A stretch of 32,000 nucleotides of DNA. It comes from Brevibacillus brevis (lineage in GTDB: Bacteria; Bacillota; Bacilli; Brevibacillales; Brevibacillaceae). The notes below the pieces were generated by a model. That model did not search any database, had not been told where the DNA came from, and worked only from the letters and a program-made list of their open reading frames with translations. The stretch is taken from NCBI RefSeq assembly GCF_031583145.1, contig NZ_CP134050.1, positions 685,739 through 717,738 of the forward strand, given 5' to 3'. The stretch's first letter is position 1. Every line of letters starts with the position of its first letter. Both the position numbers and the translations under genes were made by a program. Shown one piece after another: positions 26,300 through 32,000 of this stretch.

Positions 26300-27886
26300 T
26301 TGATTGAATCGTTCTGGAATACTTGTTTGCTTCATGATATCACAACCCGTGATCAGCTGCTGCGCGAAGCCATTCGAGTGAAGCGGACACAACAACTACT
26401 GAAACTACAACAGTTGGCCGAAACGGAGCTAATTACGGAACCCGAGAAGCTGTTTCTGTGGATGAAGGAACGCGCTTTAGACAGGGAATTAGGCCATTTC
26501 CCCGGCGATCGGGATTTATTTTATAAATTATACCATGCAGGCAAGGACATGGACTTGTTGGAATACGCCATGCTCACCATCCAACAAGATCGGGTTACAG
26601 GGAGCATTGTCGTCCATCCTGGAATCGTCGAAAAGTTTGTCGATCAGTGTGAGCGGCGTGGTTGCAAGAACATTCTGCTTGCAGAAGCTGAAAAGTATAT
26701 CAAAGGACTTGTCGAGACGAAATGTTACCATCGCCCATGGACAATCACATTGTTAACGGAAAACTACATCGTAGGCAGGTTGTTCAAAACGTATTTCGAG
26801 TCCTACTCCAATATCCGCATCGTTCAAGGGTCCATTTATCAGCCGCTACCTGCAGAAATTCAATTCGACGCGATCCTGGCGATGCCGAATTTCGGTATGA
26901 AAATGAACGATGACGAGGTTGCGGTTCGGGAATCCGAGGGCGCGGCGGCCAGCTATCTGCTTCCACTCTTGCAAGATGGCGGGAGATTAAGCGTGACCTT
27001 GCCCGCGCGGATGCTGTTTCAATCCGGCGCGATCGCCAGCTGGCGGAAGCAAATGAATGATCAGGCGCCGGTGCAAACGATCTATTCGCTTCCGGACGGC
27101 TTGTTTCGTCCCTACACTTCCATCAAGACCTATCAGGTTGACTTTGGAAAAGCGCCTGTGGAAGAGGTGATCCTCGGGCGGCTCCATATGGAGAAGTCAA
27201 AGCTTGTGGCGGAACGGGAGATTGCCATCCATCCAGACCGGTTCCGAGAGCTGGATCATTGGCGAATCGAACTGCTGCTGGATGAAGATCAGGATACACT
27301 TCGTTCGTTCCAGCAGGCGGCGACCCCGAAAGTGAAGTTGCGCGATGTGGCAGAAATTTTTCGGGGAAAATCGATTCTTAAGCAGGATCTAAAGCCCGGG
27401 AACATTAAGGTGCTGAATATATCCAATCTGGATGACGGCGAAGTGCTATTGGATCAACTTGAAACGATTGACGAGGAAGAGAGGAAAGTGAAACGTTACG
27501 AGATTCTCCCGGGTGACCTGGTCATGACGTGTCGCGGCACCGTGAACAAGCTGGCTGTATTTCCGGAGGCTCAAGGGATGGTCATCGCCTCCTCGAATAT
27601 GATCGTGATCCGATTCAAGTCGGCCATCAAGAGCCATTTTGCCAAAATATTTCTGGAAAGCCCGGTCGGGACAGCTCTTATTCAAAGCTTCCAGCGGGGA
27701 ACAACCGTGATGAATTTGAATCCAGCGGATGTGGCGGAATTGGAATTGCCTTTGGTACCGGAAGATATACAGCAAGAATTAATACAGCAATATATCCGGG
27801 AGAAAGAACGATATAAAGAGGTCGTTCGGGAAGCGGCTAACCGTTGGGAACAAGTGAAGAACCAGTTATATGAGCAACTCTACTGA
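26300..27886 (+). CDS. N6-MTase-like protein lacking the canonical catalytic motifs, fused to a type I HsdS-like TRD and coiled coil
   Basis: MTase-like region with [11 protein letters not shown] in place of NPPF; C-terminal [37 protein letters not shown]...[22 protein letters not shown]...[43 protein letters not shown] start after gaaggtg; ORF open from 26276. Confidence 0.8.
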   Translation: MIESFWNTCLLHDITTRDQLLREAIRVKRTQQLLKLQQLAETELITEPEKLFLWMKERALDRELGHFPGDRDLFYKLYHAGKDMDLLEYAMLTIQQDRVTGSIVVHPGIVEKFVDQCERRGCKNILLAEAEKYIKGLVETKCYHRPWTITLLTENYIVGRLFKTYFESYSNIRIVQGSIYQPLPAEIQFDAILAMPNFGMKMNDDEVAVRESEGAAASYLLPLLQDGGRLSVTLPARMLFQSGAIASWRKQMNDQAPVQTIYSLPDGLFRPYTSIKTYQVDFGKAPVEEVILGRLHMEKSKLVAEREIAIHPDRFRELDHWRIELLLDEDQDTLRSFQQAATPKVKLRDVAEIFRGKSILKQDLKPGNIKVLNISNLDDGEVLLDQLETIDEEERKVKRYEILPGDLVMTCRGTVNKLAVFPEAQGMVIASSNMIVIRFKSAIKSHFAKIFLESPVGTALIQSFQRGTTVMNLNPADVAELELPLVPEDIQQELIQQYIREKERYKEVVREAANRWEQVKNQLYEQLY

Positions 27887-27902
27887 GGAGGAATTCAGGA
27901 TC

Positions 27903-29426
27903 ATGGCAACAGCGAACATTGGATTCGAGGAAAAATTATGGAGCATGGCCGATAAGCTGCGTGGCAGCATGGATGCAGCGGAGTATAAGCATGTAGCTCT
28001 CGGCCTGCTTTTTCTGAAATATGTGTCTGATGCATTTGAAGAAAAATACGAAGCTTTGAAAAATGAGCCATATGCTGATCCGGAAGACCGGGACGAATAT
28101 GTTGCTGCAAACATTTTCTGGGTACCGAAGGAAGCGCGCTGGAGCTATATCAAGGATAACGCGAAAAAGCCGGAAATCGGGCAGCTCATTGATAATGCGA
28201 TGATTGCCATCGAGAAGGAAAATCCAACGCTGAAAGGTGTGCTGCCGAAAGATTACGCCCGCCCGGCGCTCGATAAAACCCGTCTTGGCGAAGTGATCGA
28301 CCTATTCTCGTTCAAAGTGGGCGATGAAGAAAGCCGTTCGAAGGATGTACTGGGGCGGGTATATGAGTATTTCCTTAGCAAATTCGCAAGCGCGGAAGGC
28401 AAGAACGGCGGGGAATTCTATACCCCGAACAGCGTTGTTCGCCTGCTCGTCGAGATGATACAGCCGTTCAAGGGCCGCGTATACGACCCCTGCTGTGGTT
28501 CCGGCGGCATGTTCGTTCAGAGCGAGAAGTTTGTAGAGGAGCATCAGGGGCGCATTGGCGATATCGCGGTGTACGGGCAGGAGTCGAATCCGACGACGTG
28601 GAAGTTGTGCAAAATGAACCTCGCCATTCGCGGCATCGACGGCAACCTTGGGGAGCATCATGCAGATACGTTCCATAATGATTTACATAAAAATCTGAAG
28701 GCCGATTACATCTTGGCGAATCCGCCATTCAATATCAGCGATTGGGGCGGCGAGCGGCTGACAGAGGATGCCCGCTGGACATATGGAGTGCCTCCCGCTG
28801 GGAACGCTAACTACGCCTGGATTCAGCACATTGTGAACAAGCTTGCGCCCAGCGGTGTTGCAGGTTTCGTACTGGCGAATGGTTCCATGTCGACGAGCAC
28901 GACGGCGGAGTTTGAGATTCGCAGCAAGCTGGTTAACGCCGATCTGGTCGATTGCATCGTCACCTTGCCGGGGCAGTTGTTTTACTCCACACAGATTCCG
29001 GTATGTCTCTGGTTCATTGCTAAAAATAAAGCGCCAAAGGGCCTTCGGGACCGCCGCGGTGAAATCCTGTTTATTGATGCCCGCAAAATGGGCCATATGG
29101 TGGATCGCACACATCGCGAACTCAGTACGGAGGATATCCGGAAGATCGCCGATACATACCACGCATGGCGCGGTCAGGCGGAAGCTGGACAGTATGAGGA
29201 TGTGAAGGGCTTCTGCAAAGCAGTGAAACTTGCGGAAGTGCAGGAGCACGAGTATATTTTGACGCCGGGGCGTTATGTCGGGATTGAAGATGTGGAGGAA
29301 GACAGCGAACCGTTCGAGGATAAAATGGCACGGCTGACTTCGGAGCTAGCGGAACAGTTCGCCAAGTCCCGGCAACTGGAAGACGAAATTCGCAAGCGGC
29401 TTGGGGGGATTGGGTTTGAGTTTTGA
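27903..29426 (+). CDS. hsdM: Type I restriction-modification system methyltransferase HsdM
   Basis: [83 protein letters not shown]; RBS gaggaggaattc. Confidence 0.97.
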   Translation: MATANIGFEEKLWSMADKLRGSMDAAEYKHVALGLLFLKYVSDAFEEKYEALKNEPYADPEDRDEYVAANIFWVPKEARWSYIKDNAKKPEIGQLIDNAMIAIEKENPTLKGVLPKDYARPALDKTRLGEVIDLFSFKVGDEESRSKDVLGRVYEYFLSKFASAEGKNGGEFYTPNSVVRLLVEMIQPFKGRVYDPCCGSGGMFVQSEKFVEEHQGRIGDIAVYGQESNPTTWKLCKMNLAIRGIDGNLGEHHADTFHNDLHKNLKADYILANPPFNISDWGGERLTEDARWTYGVPPAGNANYAWIQHIVNKLAPSGVAGFVLANGSMSTSTTAEFEIRSKLVNADLVDCIVTLPGQLFYSTQIPVCLWFIAKNKAPKGLRDRRGEILFIDARKMGHMVDRTHRELSTEDIRKIADTYHAWRGQAEAGQYEDVKGFCKAVKLAEVQEHEYILTPGRYVGIEDVEEDSEPFEDKMARLTSELAEQFAKSRQLEDEIRKRLGGIGFEF

Positions 29427-30669
29427 AACTGGATGGAGAAAGTGTACTTGGGGAGATATTTCTACACTTGAATATGGGAAAGCCCTTAGGGATTATAAAG
29501 ATAAAACAAGTGGATATCCGGTTTATGGTACTAATGGTTTAATAGGATATACTGAAAAATATCTTTCAGATAAGCCAGGGGTAATAATTGGGCGAAAAGG
29601 TGCATACCGAGGAGTTCACTATTCCAATAGACCTTTTTTTGTTATCGATACCGCCTATTACTTATCACCCAAAATTCCCCAACTAAATTTAAGATGGGCA
29701 TACTATAGTTTGCGTAATATAGATATTAATAGCATGGATTCAGGCTCTGCAATTCCTTCCACGAGTAGAAGTGATTTTTACTCAATTGAAGTTGATCTAC
29801 CAGATATTTATGAACAACAAGAGATAGCAAATTTGCTCTCAGTATTAGACGATAAAATCGAACTCAACAACGCAATCAACAAAAACCTTGAAGAAATGGC
29901 CCAAGCCCTTTTTAATAGCTGGTTTGTGGACTTCGAGTTTCCAAATGAAAACGGAGAACCGTATAAATCCAGTGGCGGCGAGTTTGAGGAAAGTGAATTG
30001 GGGCTCATTCCGAAGGGGTGGAAGCAGGGGACAATTAGTGAACTTGGTGAGGTTGCCGGAGGAGCAACGCCTTCTAAGAAAAACGAAGACTTTTATACCG
30101 TTAGAGGCATTCCTTGGATCACTCCTAAAGATCTATCGAAAACTAACAACAAATATATCTCGCGCGGCGAAATAGATATTACACAGAAAGGGTTTAGCAA
30201 CTCCAGTGTAAAGCTTTTACCGAAAGGGACAGTTTTATTTAGTTCGCGAGCTCCTATTGGTTATATTGCAATAGCTAAAAATGAAGTTACAACAAATCAG
30301 GGATTTAAGTCCGTTATTCCATTCAAACATGTTGGTTCAGAATTCGTCTATTATCTCTTGAAGAGTAATGTTGAGACGATTGAATGTCGTGCATCGGGCT
30401 CAACCTTTAAGGAGATATCCGGGACAGAAATGAAGCGAGTGCCTGTTCTTATCCCTACAGAAAATGTCCTTGCGAAGTTTAATGAGATCGTTGAACCGAT
30501 AGGGAGATTAACACAAAAGTGTGAAGAAGAAAATGAAGATTTAACCCAAATCCGCGACACCCTTCTCCCCAAACTGATGTCGGGCGAGATCCGTGTCCCT
30601 GTGGAGCAGGATCATAATCATCCCGATCTGCCAAAGGTTGCGGAGAGCAGCGCAATCTATCAGCCCTAA
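29401..30669 (+). CDS. hsdS: Type I restriction-modification specificity subunit HsdS (two TRDs)
   Basis: TRD1 [22 protein letters not shown]...[12 protein letters not shown]; spacer helix [36 protein letters not shown]; TRD2 [27 protein letters not shown]...[10 protein letters not shown]; tail [24 protein letters not shown]-type start overlapping the end of hsdM. Confidence 0.93.
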   Translation: MGGLGLSFETGWRKCTWGDISTLEYGKALRDYKDKTSGYPVYGTNGLIGYTEKYLSDKPGVIIGRKGAYRGVHYSNRPFFVIDTAYYLSPKIPQLNLRWAYYSLRNIDINSMDSGSAIPSTSRSDFYSIEVDLPDIYEQQEIANLLSVLDDKIELNNAINKNLEEMAQALFNSWFVDFEFPNENGEPYKSSGGEFEESELGLIPKGWKQGTISELGEVAGGATPSKKNEDFYTVRGIPWITPKDLSKTNNKYISRGEIDITQKGFSNSSVKLLPKGTVLFSSRAPIGYIAIAKNEVTTNQGFKSVIPFKHVGSEFVYYLLKSNVETIECRASGSTFKEISGTEMKRVPVLIPTENVLAKFNEIVEPIGRLTQKCEEENEDLTQIRDTLLPKLMSGEIRVPVEQDHNHPDLPKVAESSAIYQP

Positions 30670-30686
30670 TCCAAAGGAGGTGCAAC

Positions 30687-32000
30687 ATGGCCTACTATAC
30701 GACGTCCTATACCGAAAGCGACCTGGAGCAGGCCGCACTGGAGTGGTTCGAAGAACTGAACTACGAGAAAGCATACGGCCCGGATATTTCTCCGGAAGGC
30801 GAGTATCCCGAACGACAGTTTTACCATGACGTCATCCTGAAAGATCGGCTGCGCGAGGCTCTCATTCGCATCAACAAACATGTGCCGCGCGAAGCGATTG
30901 AGGAAGCGATCCGGATCGTTGAAGTGCCGCGCAGTCCCAGTTTGCTGATCAACAACCGGGCGTTCCAGAAGATGATCACTGACGGAATCGACGTGCAGTA
31001 TCAAGCCGCCAATGGCGAATATCCGACAGAGAAAATATGGCTGTTCGACACCGATCCGGACGGGATCGACAACAACGACTTTCTGGTCGTCAACCAGTTT
31101 ACCATCGTTGAAAATCAGGGAGAGAAGCGCCCGGATATCGTCGTGTTCGTAAATGGATTGCCGATCGCCGTATTTGAATTGAAAAGCGCCTCCAACGAAG
31201 AAGTCGGGATCAGCGATGCCTATAATCAAGTGCAGACGTACAAAGGCGCGATACCGTCCCTGTTCACCTACAACTCGTTCCTGGTCATCAGTGACGGTGT
31301 GAATGCGCGGGTTGGCACGCTGACCGCCAATGAAGACCGCTTTATGATGTGGCGCACGATCGACGGCGATGACGTGGCGCCCTCCTCCCTGCCCCAGCTT
31401 GAAGTGCTTGTAAAAGGAATGTTCGAGAAAAGCCGACTGCTTGATATTATCAAGCATTTCGTGCTGTTTCAGACCGATGGGGAGCATCTGTTCAAAATAT
31501 TGGCGGGATACCACCAATACCACGCCACCAACAAGGCGATTGCAAGTACGGAAAGAGCGACGATGGATGATGGGGACCGCAAAATCGGCGTCATCTGGCA
31601 TACGCAAGGCTCCGGTAAAAGCTTGTCCATGGTTTTCTACGCGGGAAAACTTGTTCTGACGCTGAACAACCCGACGATCGTCGTGGTGACGGACCGGAAC
31701 GATCTGGACGATCAGTTGTTCAGCACGTTCAGCAAGTCGAAGGACTTGCTCAGGCAAACGCCTCAGCAAGCGGAAAATCGGACTCATTTGCGACAACTTT
31801 TGTCGGTGGAGTCGGGCGGGATCATTTTCACAACGGTTCACAAGTTCACCCCCGATGAAAATGAAGACAAATATCCTGTACTTACGGAACGCCGCAATGT
31901 GATTGTGATTGCGGACGAGGCGCATCGCAGCCAGTACGGGTTTCAGGCGGATATGGTCGCCGGGGACGACGAAGCGGCCATTAAGTATGGCTATGCCAAA
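30687..32000 (+). CDS. hsdR: Type I restriction endonuclease subunit HsdR, partial (runs off the right edge)
   Basis: RPDIVVFVNGLPIAVFELKSASNEE (nuclease core), KIGVIWHTQGSGKSLSMVFYAGKL (Walker A), VIVIADEAHRSQYG (DEAH); RBS aaaggaggtg. Confidence 0.95.
   Translation, partial: MAYYTTSYTESDLEQAALEWFEELNYEKAYGPDISPEGEYPERQFYHDVILKDRLREALIRINKHVPREAIEEAIRIVEVPRSPSLLINNRAFQKMITDGIDVQYQAANGEYPTEKIWLFDTDPDGIDNNDFLVVNQFTIVENQGEKRPDIVVFVNGLPIAVFELKSASNEEVGISDAYNQVQTYKGAIPSLFTYNSFLVISDGVNARVGTLTANEDRFMMWRTIDGDDVAPSSLPQLEVLVKGMFEKSRLLDIIKHFVLFQTDGEHLFKILAGYHQYHATNKAIASTERATMDDGDRKIGVIWHTQGSGKSLSMVFYAGKLVLTLNNPTIVVVTDRNDLDDQLFSTFSKSKDLLRQTPQQAENRTHLRQLLSVESGGIIFTTVHKFTPDENEDKYPVLTERRNVIVIADEAHRSQYGFQADMVAGDDEAAIKYGYAK

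Noticed and set aside
30666-31925. 419-aa minus-strand ORF opposite hsdR
   Set aside because: Shadow ORF; the plus strand has HsdR nuclease and helicase motifs and a good RBS.
1-32000. CRISPR arrays, tRNA or rRNA genes, CAST-type Cas12k/Cascade genes near the tns module
   Set aside because: No regularly spaced direct repeats, no recognisable RNA genes and no Cas-like proteins seen in the window; the Tn7-like module appears TnsD/TnsE-type, not CRISPR-guided.

Overview
This window looks like a Bacillota (Bacillales-type) chromosomal region. It combines ordinary genes with a dense accessory and IS graveyard. Left part: a sensor kinase/response regulator pair, a truncated DUF3048 lipoprotein, a CMD-family protein, a Rho_N-like/SEC-C protein and a class I methyltransferase. 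Next comes an IS91-like element whose transposase is split by a complete IS21 element (5-bp TSD CCGTT; removing the IS restores the reading frame). It is followed by a ptxABCD-like phosphite uptake/oxidation operon with a convergent LysR gene, then rocB flanked by remnants of other genes. From 16.5 to 22.3 kb there are two IS256-family copies (one truncated), IstB fragments of further IS21 elements, an N-terminal piece of another DDE transposase, a secreted-protein gene with excalibur debris, an XRE regulator and a 3' fragment of yifB/comM. Right part (22.3-32 kb): the C-terminal part of a Tn7-like TnsC (N-terminus lost at an IS21 right end), an intact TniQ/TnsD and a TnsE homologue. These lead directly into a type I restriction-modification operon with an unusual first gene: a methyltransferase-like protein lacking the catalytic motifs, fused to an HsdS-like target-recognition domain, followed by hsdM, hsdS and hsdR (hsdR runs off the window). 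The most interesting system candidates are the Tn7-like tnsCDE plus RM cargo, and the pseudo-methyltransferase/specificity fusion. All family calls are from reading the translated sequences; no searches were run.
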